Assembly (NCBI GenBank): GCA_036274295.1
Contig: DASUFZ010000341.1
Location: 2,857 to 66,856, forward strand
Source of the DNA: Myxococcota bacterium
GTDB taxonomy: Bacteria; Myxococcota_A; UBA9160; SMWR01
Direction: 5' to 3'
DNA: 64,000 bases
The position numbers were made by a program, and so were the translations under genes. This document shows positions 17,631-27,614 of this stretch, in pieces (position 1 is the first letter of the stretch; every line of letters begins with the position of its first letter). Under the pieces are notes generated by a model, which saw nothing but the letters and a program-made list of their open reading frames with translations, was not told the DNA's origin and made no database searches.

Positions 17631-18223
17631 CGCGCGAGACCCGCCGCGCGCAGGCGCTCCTCGAGCAGCGGCATGCGGTCGTAGCCCCAGAAGAGCTCGC
17701 CGCGGAAGACGAAGATCGGGACGCCGAAGACCTGGTCCTCGTGGCCCTCGTCGATGCACTTCTCGAGCAGGTCGGGCCCCTCGCCCGCCAGGAACTTCGC
17801 GTACGCCTCGGGATCGTGTCCCTGCTCCGCGAGCAGCGCCGCGATCTGTTCGGGCTCGTCGATCTCGAGCGTGCGCTCGAAGAAGCGCTTGAACACCTCG
17901 AGCGAGTAGGTGCGGAAGCCGCCCTCGCGCTGCGCAAAGAGCGCGCCGATCAGCGCCGGCCGCGAGTCGTAGATCTTCGGCGGGCCCTTGATCGTGAAGC
18001 CGCCGCGCCGGTTCGCGAAGCGCCGCGCGTCGAGATACGAGTACCGGACCTTCCACTCCGAGTAGACGCTGCGCTCGCCCTTGCCCTTGATGCGGAGCAG
18101 GAAGGGCAACGCGCGCAGGCGCAGCGCGTAGCGCGACGGCAGCTCGAGGGCCGGCTCCATCGCGAGATACGCGAAGGGGCTCTTGTAATCGAAGTAGAGC
18201 TTCAGCTCTTCGGGTTCGGACAT
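17627..18223 (-). CDS. DsbA-fold 2-hydroxychromene-2-carboxylate isomerase family protein
   Basis: 198 aa. LKLYFDYKSPFAYLA at the N-terminus and GVPIFVFRGELFWGYDRM near the C-terminus are typical of the HCCA isomerase/DsbA-like family. Confidence 0.8.
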   Translation of the reverse strand: MSEPEELKLYFDYKSPFAYLAMEPALELPSRYALRLRALPFLLRIKGKGERSVYSEWKVRYSYLDARRFANRRGGFTIKGPPKIYDSRPALIGALFAQREGGFRTYSLEVFKRFFERTLEIDEPEQIAALLAEQGHDPEAYAKFLAGEGPDLLEKCIDEGHEDQVFGVPIFVFRGELFWGYDRMPLLEERLRAAGLAR

Positions 18224-18250
18224 GGGCCGTGCGATGCGTTGGCGCCGAGG

Positions 18251-19249
18251 CTACCACGCCTCGCGCGCCATCACGGCCCGGGCGCCCGCCAGCACCGACT
18301 CGCCGAGCGGCGTCAGCTTCGCGTGGCGATCCAGGGTCGCGAGGCCCTGCGCGAAGAGCGCGGCGTTCGCGGAGAGCGCGTGCTCCGCCTCGTCGCGCTC
18401 CTCGGGGAGCAGCGCGCCCGCCGCGCGCAGCGCGCCGACCGCCTGCTGCATGCGCGCGGTCACGAAGGTCGCGTGGAAGATCCCGTCGAGCGGGCGCGGA
18501 TCCACGCGCAGCGGCGACGAGAAGCGCTCGAGGTCGCCGTTCAGGACGAGCGGGCCGTCGGCAGAGAGTCCGAAGAGGAGGTTGTGCGCGCTCTCGTGGG
18601 CGACGGCCTGGATCGTGGCGAGCACGCTCGCCGCCTCCGCCGCGTTCAGCACGACCGCGCCCCAGAGCAGGAACGACGACGCGCCGTCGAAGGTCCAGGC
18701 ATCGGGTTCGGACGACCCGACGGCCAGCACGATCTCGCGGAGCAGCGCGCGGATCTCGCCCGCCAGCGCGGGGTCGCCGCGGTCGAGACGCGCGAGCGCA
18801 GCCTCGAGCCGCGCGCGACACGCGACTGCGACCGCGGGCGGCGGCGGCAGGATCGCGAGCGGCTGCCCGGGATCGCTGTCGACGCGACGCCGGTAGCGCG
18901 CGGCATCGCGATCGCGCGCGGGATCCCCGAGCGCCAGGATGCGCGGCCCGTCGGGGGCAGCCGGCGCCGCGAACAGATCCAGCAGGTGTTGCTGTGCCCC
19001 GCTCGCGTCGTCCGCTTCGAGCGCGAGCACGAGGTCGGCATAGGCGGCGAAGGCGTGCGGGCTGACGGGTCCGGCGTCGAGCCGTCCGAGCAACCCGGAC
19101 AGCGCGTCGGCGGGGACCTCGAGCGCGCCGCCGACCTGCGACGCCAGGTAGCGCACGCTCCCGGCCAGGCGCGCGCGCATGTGCGCGTCGAGGCGCCGGG
19201 CGCGCGCTTCCGACGGCGCGAAGAAGGCGTCGCCCTGCGTGATCGCCAT
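18251..19249 (-). CDS. HExxH-motif domain protein (possible metal-dependent peptide-modifying enzyme)
   Basis: 332 aa, non-degenerate. A single H-E-S-A-H motif (aa 218-222, nt 18584..18598) and a downstream His in DGIFHATF. No signal peptide. Resembles proteins annotated as HEXXH-motif domain / aKG-HExxH-type (from memory, not searched). Confidence 0.6.
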   Translation of the reverse strand: MAITQGDAFFAPSEARARRLDAHMRARLAGSVRYLASQVGGALEVPADALSGLLGRLDAGPVSPHAFAAYADLVLALEADDASGAQQHLLDLFAAPAAPDGPRILALGDPARDRDAARYRRRVDSDPGQPLAILPPPPAVAVACRARLEAALARLDRGDPALAGEIRALLREIVLAVGSSEPDAWTFDGASSFLLWGAVVLNAAEAASVLATIQAVAHESAHNLLFGLSADGPLVLNGDLERFSSPLRVDPRPLDGIFHATFVTARMQQAVGALRAAGALLPEERDEAEHALSANAALFAQGLATLDRHAKLTPLGESVLAGARAVMAREAW

Positions 19250-19328
19250 GGCATGATCCGCCTTCTCGAAGACCGGGCGAACCTATGCAGCCGCAGGCGC
19301 GCTCGCAAGATCGAGGGGACACCGCCGC

Positions 19329-20297
19329 ATGCTCCGCTTCCTCGTGACACCCGGGCACGAGAAGACGCTCAAGCACATGCGCAGGGATGCGCGCGCGCCG
19401 CGCATCCAGACGCTCTCCTACGACCGCGCCTTCGCCGAGCGCCGGCTCGCGCGCGCCGTCTACGTCTTCACCGATCACGACCGGCTCTCTGACTTCGATC
19501 TCGAGCTCGCGGCGCTGCTCCACCGGAGCCTCGCGGCGGCGGGCGTGCCGGTGCTGAACGACCCCGCGCGCGTGCGCACGCGCTTCGCCCTGCTGCGCGC
19601 CCTCCACGAGGCCGGCCTCAACGATTTCAACGTCTACCGCGTGGACGAAGGGCGCAAGCCGGCCCGCTATCCGGTCTTCCTGCGCCGCGCGGCGGGGCAC
19701 GGCGAGCCGCTCTCGGGACTGCTCGCCGACTCGGAGGCGCTCGCGCGCGCCGTCGAGGCCGCGCAGGCGCAGGGCGTCCCGGAGAGCAGCCTGCTGATCC
19801 TCGAGTACGCGGCCGAGCCGGCGCGGCCGGGGATCTTCCGCAAGCTCGCCGTCTCCCGCATCGGCCCGCGCCTGCTGCCACAGGCCTGTGTCCACGACGA
19901 CCAGTGGCTGGTGAAGTACGGCAAGGTCGGCATCGGGACGCCGGAGCTCTACGCCGACGAGCAGCGCATCCTGCGCGAGAACCCCTATGCGGAGGCGGCG
20001 CTGCGCGCCTTCGAGATCGCGGGCATCGACTACGGCCGCGCCGATCTCGGCCTGGTGCGCGGGCGCGTCCAGATCTACGAGATCAACACCAATCCGACCC
20101 TGCGCCGAGGGCTTCCACACCCGGATCCTCAGCGCAGCGAGAGCCTCACCCGCATCTGGGAGGAACACCGCGAGGCGCTGCGCGCGCTCGACCCCGGTCC
20201 GCTGCCGGGTTCGCCGGTCGAGCTGCGCGACGCGCGACTGCGACGGCACCAGAGCTGGCAGGGTCGCTACCTGCGCCGGTCGCGCGCGCCCACCTGA
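19329..20297 (+). CDS. ATP-grasp-like ligase
   Basis: 322 aa with VLNDPARVRTRFALLRALHEAGL, ILEYAAEP, and C-terminal YGRADLGLVRGRVQIYEINTNP, which resembles the ATP-grasp Mg/ATP-binding strands. Family not verified. Confidence 0.55.
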   Translation: MLRFLVTPGHEKTLKHMRRDARAPRIQTLSYDRAFAERRLARAVYVFTDHDRLSDFDLELAALLHRSLAAAGVPVLNDPARVRTRFALLRALHEAGLNDFNVYRVDEGRKPARYPVFLRRAAGHGEPLSGLLADSEALARAVEAAQAQGVPESSLLILEYAAEPARPGIFRKLAVSRIGPRLLPQACVHDDQWLVKYGKVGIGTPELYADEQRILRENPYAEAALRAFEIAGIDYGRADLGLVRGRVQIYEINTNPTLRRGLPHPDPQRSESLTRIWEEHREALRALDPGPLPGSPVELRDARLRRHQSWQGRYLRRSRAPT

Positions 20298-20381
20298 TGC
20301 AGAAACTGGGTGCAGAAATCGCTGGCGCCGGCGCCGGAGTCCGATCTACGCTGCGCGACACCTTTTCGAGGAGACATCGCG

Positions 20382-20477
20382 ATGATCGTTCTCGACCGCA
20401 GCAAGCTGCTCGGCTTCGACCACCCGCAGAACCTCCAGGCCAAGGTCGGCGGCAAGCCCGCCGCGCCGAAGAAGTAG
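20382..20477 (+). CDS. unannotated 31-aa peptide MIVLDRSKLLGFDHPQNLQAKVGGKPAAPKK (candidate precursor/substrate peptide)
   Basis: Below the ORF-track size cutoff. GAGGAGA (20368..20374) lies 7 nt before the ATG. 30 of 31 codons end in G/C, matching genome-typical coding bias. TAG at 20475..20477. Confidence 0.45.
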   Translation: MIVLDRSKLLGFDHPQNLQAKVGGKPAAPKK

Positions 20478-20486
20478 CGAGCGGTT

Positions 20487-22433
<1,947 letters not shown>

Positions 22434-22437
22434 GACG

Positions 22438-23928
22438 TCACAGGGGCTCGAAGAGGTTGCGGCCGTCCACGTGGCGGACGCGCCCGCGCCGCCCGACCTG
22501 CTCGCGCGCGGCGAAGTCGCCGAGCGCGTCGCGGTCCAGCGCCGTGTTGGCCAGGAAGCGCTCGCCGCTTTCCAGCCGGCCGATGGCGATGCCGCGCGCG
22601 GGCGCGCCCTCGCGGTCGTAGAGCACGGTGTAGGTCTCGAGGACGCCGGCGCCCTCGGCGACGGCGACCGGCGCCACGCGCTCCGGCCCGGCCTCCGGCA
22701 AGGCGTCCTCGCCGGGCTTCTCCGGCGCCGTGGCCGAGCACACCAGCGCCGAGTGCTTGGTGAGATACCAGCCGTTGCCCGTCACCAGGCCGAGCGAGCC
22801 CGGCGCGGCGCGCAGCCGCTCCACCATCGAGACGAGCGAGTGCAGGGTGTAGTTGTTGCCGGGTCCGCCTGCGTAGGGCAGCCCGCCGGTCACGGTCAGG
22901 CCGCGCGGATCGGACTCGTCGAGCCCGAGCATCTCGCACGCCATCTCCACCGCGACCGGGAAGCAGCTGTAGAAGTCGAAGTGGCCGATGGCGTCGAGGT
23001 CGGTGCCGGCGCGCGCGAGCGCCGCGCGCACCGTGGCGCCGAGCGCCGGGCACGCCGCGAAGTCCGGCCGCTCGCTCGCGTACCAGGCGCGCTCCACCGC
23101 GGAGGCGCCGCCCCAGACGTGGACGAGCCGGTCCTTCGGCACGCCGAGCGAGAGCGCGTTTGCCGCCGACGTCAGCCACAGCGCCGCCGCCTGATCCGTC
23201 TCGATGACGGCGTTCAGGTACTTCGTGTACGGGAACGCGACCATGCGATTGGACGCGGAGGGCTGCGCCAGCTCCGCGGCGCCGCGCGCGACGGGGAACC
23301 ACGCGTGCGGATTGCCGGCGGCCACCTGCGTGAAGCGGCTCATGAGCTCGCCCATGCGCGCCTGGTGCGCCGCGAGACCCAGCCCGCGCCGCGCGCGCAG
23401 CGCATTCTCGAAGATCGGGTACACGGAGGACGGTCGGTCGAGGCCGTAGGCGAGCTCCTGCTCGTTCGTGCCGGCCTTGTTCTCCCCGTAGAGCTCGGGC
23501 ATTCCGCGCGACGACTCGTCCCACGCGACGCGCGTACCCGCGACGCTCGCGCGCCGCAGGGTGCGCAGGTTGTGCGTGCCGCACACGAGCGCGGAGCGCA
23601 CGCGCCCCGCCGCGATCTCGCGCGCCACGTGGTCGACGAAGCGCAGCGGCATCTCGCCGCCGACGGCGGTCAGCACCGCGCGCGCGGAGCTCGCGCCGAG
23701 GCGGTCCGCGAGAAGCTGCGGCGGATTCAGGTTGCGCCAGCCGATCATCGCCACCATGCCGACGAGATCGAGGCCGGCCGCCGCGCGCGCGCCGGCGCCC
23801 GCGTCCTCGAAGGCGGCGCGCGAGACCCGCTCGAGCAGGTCGGGCGCGGAGAGCGCCTCGTCGAGCGGGACGTCGCGCTGCGTCACCTGCGCGGCGCCAA
23901 CGAGGACGGGAAGGCGATCGAGATCCAC
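22438..23928 (-). CDS. thiolase-like acetyl-CoA acetyltransferase family protein with a C-terminal OB-like extension
   Basis: 496 aa with FDFYSCFPVAVEMACEMLG and GGLPYAGGPGNNYTLH. GTG start with GGAGG 4 nt upstream. Confidence 0.8.
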   Translation of the reverse strand: MDLDRLPVLVGAAQVTQRDVPLDEALSAPDLLERVSRAAFEDAGAGARAAAGLDLVGMVAMIGWRNLNPPQLLADRLGASSARAVLTAVGGEMPLRFVDHVAREIAAGRVRSALVCGTHNLRTLRRASVAGTRVAWDESSRGMPELYGENKAGTNEQELAYGLDRPSSVYPIFENALRARRGLGLAAHQARMGELMSRFTQVAAGNPHAWFPVARGAAELAQPSASNRMVAFPYTKYLNAVIETDQAAALWLTSAANALSLGVPKDRLVHVWGGASAVERAWYASERPDFAACPALGATVRAALARAGTDLDAIGHFDFYSCFPVAVEMACEMLGLDESDPRGLTVTGGLPYAGGPGNNYTLHSLVSMVERLRAAPGSLGLVTGNGWYLTKHSALVCSATAPEKPGEDALPEAGPERVAPVAVAEGAGVLETYTVLYDREGAPARGIAIGRLESGERFLANTALDRDALGDFAAREQVGRRGRVRHVDGRNLFEPL

Positions 23929-23931
23929 CGG

Positions 23932-23948
23932 GCCTCCGAAAAGGAGGC
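23932..23948 (-). promoter_or_regulatory. SD-sequestering hairpin upstream of the thiolase-like gene
   Basis: The minus-strand RNA reads GCCUCC-UUUUC-GGAGGC, then 3 nt, then GUG. The SD GGAGG forms the 3' arm. Confidence 0.35.
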
Positions 23949-23958
23949 GCAGAATAGC

Positions 23959-25020
23959 TCAGCCGCGCGGGGCTCCCGTTGCGGCGTAGGGCGCGAGGCA
24001 CTCCGCCGGCAACGCGCGGATCGCGTCGTGCAGCGCCTGCGCCAGCAGGCGGTGGCCCTGCGGATTCGGGTGCGGATCCACCTCGCTGAAGCGCAGCGAC
24101 GCGGCGCGCTCGCCGCGCAGCGCGTCGAAGGCGACGGCGACGTGGAAGCCGCGCGCGCGCGCGGCGTCGGCCACCTGGCGGTAGAACGGTTCGAACGCGT
24201 GCAGCCACGTCAGGTCCTGGAGGCGCGGATGCACGAAGAGCAAGGTGCAGGCGCCGAGCGCGTGGCTCTGCGCGGCGATGCGATCGAGCGCGGCCTCGAC
24301 CTCGTGCCACGCCGCGGGATTCTCGCGGTAGTTGTCCGCGAGCTCGCGCTCGTAGCTGCCGCGCAGCGGGAAGAACGCGCTCCACGCCACCACCAGCCGC
24401 GGCCAGACCGCGCGCAGCAGCGCCGAGCGCGAGTCTTTGAAGCGCGCGAGCAGCCGCTTGTTCTCGAGACGCTCGGGGCGGGGCGCCGCGCGGTACGCGG
24501 GCCCTTCGATGTCGTTCAGGGTGTACCCGTACACCACCAGCTGTGGGTGGTAGAGCGCGCCGACGGACTCCAGCCGGCCGGCGGCCTGCGGCGCCGTTAC
24601 GCCGGAGATGCCGAGATTCACCACCTCGTAGGCGTGACGCGGGTCGTCCGCCGCGAGCAGGCGCGCGGCGCGCGCGGCGTAGGTCTCGTCCTCGGCGACG
24701 CCCTCCCCCATCGCGATCGAGTCGCCGATCAGCGCGATGCGAAACGTGCCGGGGCGCGGCACGAGCGGCAGCTCGGGTCCGCGCACACCGAGGTGGTTCG
24801 TGCGGTGCAGGACGCCCTTGTAGACGCCGACCACGTCGGGGCTGGCGATCTCGAAGACCGTCGTGAGCTGTGGGAGCCCGGGCGGGAGCGGCGCATGCCG
24901 CGGCGGCAGCTCGGGTGTGTCGGGTGGCGCGATGCGCAGCGCCATCTCGGCCGCGCCGAGCGCCAGCGCCGTCGCGGCGACGGCGAGAGCCAGACTGCCG
25001 GCGATTCGCCGGTCGCTCAC
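23959..25020 (-). CDS. SGNH/GDSL-type hydrolase, N-terminally anchored or secreted
   Basis: C-terminal 354 codons of ORF 23959..26103. VSDRRIAGSLALAVAATALALGAAE (signal/anchor), IALIGDSIAMGEG (block I GDS) and DPHPNPQGH (block V). GTGA overlap with the upstream stop. Confidence 0.7.
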   Translation of the reverse strand: MSDRRIAGSLALAVAATALALGAAEMALRIAPPDTPELPPRHAPLPPGLPQLTTVFEIASPDVVGVYKGVLHRTNHLGVRGPELPLVPRPGTFRIALIGDSIAMGEGVAEDETYAARAARLLAADDPRHAYEVVNLGISGVTAPQAAGRLESVGALYHPQLVVYGYTLNDIEGPAYRAAPRPERLENKRLLARFKDSRSALLRAVWPRLVVAWSAFFPLRGSYERELADNYRENPAAWHEVEAALDRIAAQSHALGACTLLFVHPRLQDLTWLHAFEPFYRQVADAARARGFHVAVAFDALRGERAASLRFSEVDPHPNPQGHRLLAQALHDAIRALPAECLAPYAATGAPRG

Positions 25021-26477
25021 GGGAGGTGCCAGAAGTTGTACGCGCTGCCGAAGACCGGCAGCGAGAGCCAGAGCTCCGAGCCGAGCGCGAGCCCGCAGAT
25101 CGCTGCGAGCGCCGCCGCGCTGGCCGGCACGCGCAGGCGCTGCGGCAGCGCGGACGTGAGCACGCACAGCCCCCGCACGTAGAGCAACCCGAAAGGCAGC
25201 AGCGCGCCCGCGATCAGGCGTCCGTGGAAGAACCACGGGTGCGCGGCGGACGGGTTGCCGTGCTCGGGGAACACGAAGCGCAGCGACAGCACGAACAGGA
25301 TCGCGACGCTGAGGGCGATCGACGCCGCGCTCGCGATCTCGACGGTGCGCGCGTCGCCGCGCGGGCGGCGCGGCAGCGCCGCCGCGGCGAGCGCGAGGAA
25401 GATCAGGCTCGTCGCGGTGTAGATCGCATCGGCGGGCGGCCACGCCAGCTCGTAGCGGCGCCACACGAGCTCTCCGCGCCAGAAGCGCGGCACGAGATCG
25501 CCGATGAAGCTCGCGAAGCCGCTCGGCGTGAAGAGCGGATGCGAGAGCCAGGCCGACACGGGGTTGGGACGCCAGCCGAGCAGCTCGACCTTCGAGCCGG
25601 TCGCGAGCGCCTCGCCTTGCAGGAGCTGGTTGCGCAGCAGCCACGAGCCCACCGGCAGCGCGAACGCCGCGGCGTAGAGCGCGTAGCCGCGGCGGACCGC
25701 TGCGCCGCGCCGGAGATCGCGCAGGGCCGCGCCCGCCGCGAGCACCGGCACGTAGAGGTTCGGCAGCTTCGTCAGGAAGGCGGCGGCGGAAGCGAGCCCC
25801 GCGACGGCGTAGCTCCGCGCGCGGGCCTCCGGCGCGAGCGCGAGCCGCAGCGTGCCGGCGAACGCCGCCGCGCCGATGAGCGGCGAGAGCGCGTCGGGCG
25901 TCACGTAATAGAGCGCGTCCTGCGGAAAGCACGCGAGCAGCGCCGGCACGCCTCGACGCACGACGGCGTCGGCCGGGTGCGTGCGCCGCAGCAGCGCCCA
26001 GGCGCACCACACCAGAAGCCCCGCGAAGGTGCCGTTCAGCAGGCGAACCGCGTAGAGCGCGCGCTCGCTGCCGAGGCCGAGCCCGCGCGCGAGCGACAGC
26101 CATGCGCCGGCCGTCGCGTAGTAGGTCGGCGACTGGAAGGCGTCGAGGTTCACCAGCCGGTTGAACAGCGCCTCGTTGCGCTCGACGCGACCCTGCAGCT
26201 CGGCCTTACCGACGTTCCATCCGGGCTGCGCGTCGTGCGGCGGACCGGGCGCGAGCTGATAGTCGGGCGCGCCGAGCCGCGCGACGAGGTACGGCATCAC
26301 GCTCTCGTAGCTGCTGGGGCCTCTTCCCGGCAGCGCGCCGCGCGCGTACTTGAGCACCATGTCCACGTGCCGGTGCTCGTCGACGTTCGTGAAGAACGGA
26401 AAACTTGCTGCCATGCAGCTGACGCGGAGCGCTGCGAAGAGCACGAGCGCCGCGACGGCGACGCGTTCCCCAGTCAT
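25017..26477 (-). CDS. GT-C-type polytopic membrane protein (ArnT/PMT/DUF2142-like glycosyltransferase candidate)
   Basis: C-terminal 487 codons of ORF 25017..27725. Start at ATG 26477 (MTGERVAVAALVLF). An early loop motif NVDEHRHVD, then at least 9 TM segments. Confidence 0.55.
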   Translation of the reverse strand: MTGERVAVAALVLFAALRVSCMAASFPFFTNVDEHRHVDMVLKYARGALPGRGPSSYESVMPYLVARLGAPDYQLAPGPPHDAQPGWNVGKAELQGRVERNEALFNRLVNLDAFQSPTYYATAGAWLSLARGLGLGSERALYAVRLLNGTFAGLLVWCAWALLRRTHPADAVVRRGVPALLACFPQDALYYVTPDALSPLIGAAAFAGTLRLALAPEARARSYAVAGLASAAAFLTKLPNLYVPVLAAGAALRDLRRGAAVRRGYALYAAAFALPVGSWLLRNQLLQGEALATGSKVELLGWRPNPVSAWLSHPLFTPSGFASFIGDLVPRFWRGELVWRRYELAWPPADAIYTATSLIFLALAAAALPRRPRGDARTVEIASAASIALSVAILFVLSLRFVFPEHGNPSAAHPWFFHGRLIAGALLPFGLLYVRGLCVLTSALPQRLRVPASAAALAAICGLALGSELWLSLPVFGSAYNFWHLP

Positions 26478-26588
26478 CCGCACGGCCGGAGGGTGACAGA
26501 TCGTCAGCAGACGAGGAAGCCGCTTGCTTTGCCTCACTTCCACGTCCACACTGAAAAACGGCATCGACGCGCGCCGCGGGGTGAGACG

Positions 26589-27614
26589 ATGACGAGTACG
26601 GCGACGCCCTTCCGCTACACCTTGCTCGAGAGCGACCCACACGCACAGCGCGCCTCCTTCGCGGAGGCGGTCGCGCAAGGGCTCGGCTCGGACCCGAAGT
26701 CGCTGCCGTGCCGCTTCCTCTACGACGCGCAGGGCTCGGATCTCTTCGAGGAGATCTGTCGTCTCCCCGAGTACTACCTGACCCGCGCCGAGCGCGAGAT
26801 CCTCGAGCAGCGCGCCGACGAGATCGCGGCCTGCGCGGGGCCGTGCGACGAGATCGTCGAGCTCGGCAGCGGCAGCGCCAGCAAGACGCGGATCCTGATC
26901 GAGGCGTTCCTGCGCGGCGGCCGCCGCCTGCGCTACGTGCCGATCGACATCTCGCACAGCGCGCTCGCGGAGAGCGCGAAGAGCCTGCTCGGCGACTACC
27001 CGCGGCTCGAGATCGTTGCTATCGCCGGCGAGTACGAGCGCGGCCTGCGGCACCTGCGCGCCGACGCCGACGCGCCGCGCCTGATCCTCTGGCTCGGCTC
27101 CAACATCGGGAACTTCGATCGCGCGGACGCCGCGCGCTTCCTGACACACGTGCGCGACGCCATGCGCGAGGGCGACCGGCTGCTCGTCGGCATCGACCTG
27201 CGCAAAGACCGCCGCAGCCTCGAGCGCGCCTACGACGACGCCTCCGGCGTCACCGCGCGCTTCAACCTCAACCTGCTCGCGCGCATCAACCGCGAGCTCG
27301 GCGGCCGCTTCGAGCTCGACGCCTTCCGCCACGAGGCGATCTGGCGGGCGCGCGAGGGGCGCGTCGAGCTCTCGCTGGTCTCGCGCCGCGACCAGGAGAT
27401 CGCGATCCGCGCGCTCGATCTCGTGGTGAAGCTGCGCAAGGGCGAACGCATCCACACCGAGGACTCGTTCAAGTACTCGCTGCGCGAGATCGCCGAGGTC
27501 GCGCAGGAGGCGGGACTCTACGTCGCCACGCGCTGGCTCGACGGAGCTTCGCGCTTCAGCCTGAACCTGCTCGCGCGGGCGGAGCGCCCCGTGCCCGCGC
27601 GCGCCGACACCTGA
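26589..27614 (+). CDS. EgtD-like SAM-dependent amino acid N-alpha-methyltransferase (histidine-specific methyltransferase family)
   Basis: C-terminal 342 codons of ORF 24870..27614. LPCRFLYDAQGSDLFEEICRLPEYYLTRAEREIL, ELGSGSASKTRILI and LGSNIGNF closely follow the EgtD pattern. Confidence 0.85.
   Translation: MTSTATPFRYTLLESDPHAQRASFAEAVAQGLGSDPKSLPCRFLYDAQGSDLFEEICRLPEYYLTRAEREILEQRADEIAACAGPCDEIVELGSGSASKTRILIEAFLRGGRRLRYVPIDISHSALAESAKSLLGDYPRLEIVAIAGEYERGLRHLRADADAPRLILWLGSNIGNFDRADAARFLTHVRDAMREGDRLLVGIDLRKDRRSLERAYDDASGVTARFNLNLLARINRELGGRFELDAFRHEAIWRAREGRVELSLVSRRDQEIAIRALDLVVKLRKGERIHTEDSFKYSLREIAEVAQEAGLYVATRWLDGASRFSLNLLARAERPVPARADT

Noticed and set aside
17631-20249. N-terminal ~870 codons of listed ORF 16842..20249
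   Set aside because: The translation is degenerate. It overlaps the DsbA-like and HExxH genes in other frames and is antisense to the ATP-grasp-like gene. Only the C-terminal SDR part is real.
20298-20323. TGCAGAAA direct repeat and a sigma-54-like TGGGTGCAGAAATCGCT upstream of the small ORF
   Set aside because: The GG and GC elements are spaced one nt too far apart relative to TGGCAC-N5-TTGC and the flanks do not match. The direct repeat is noted, but I cannot support a promoter call.
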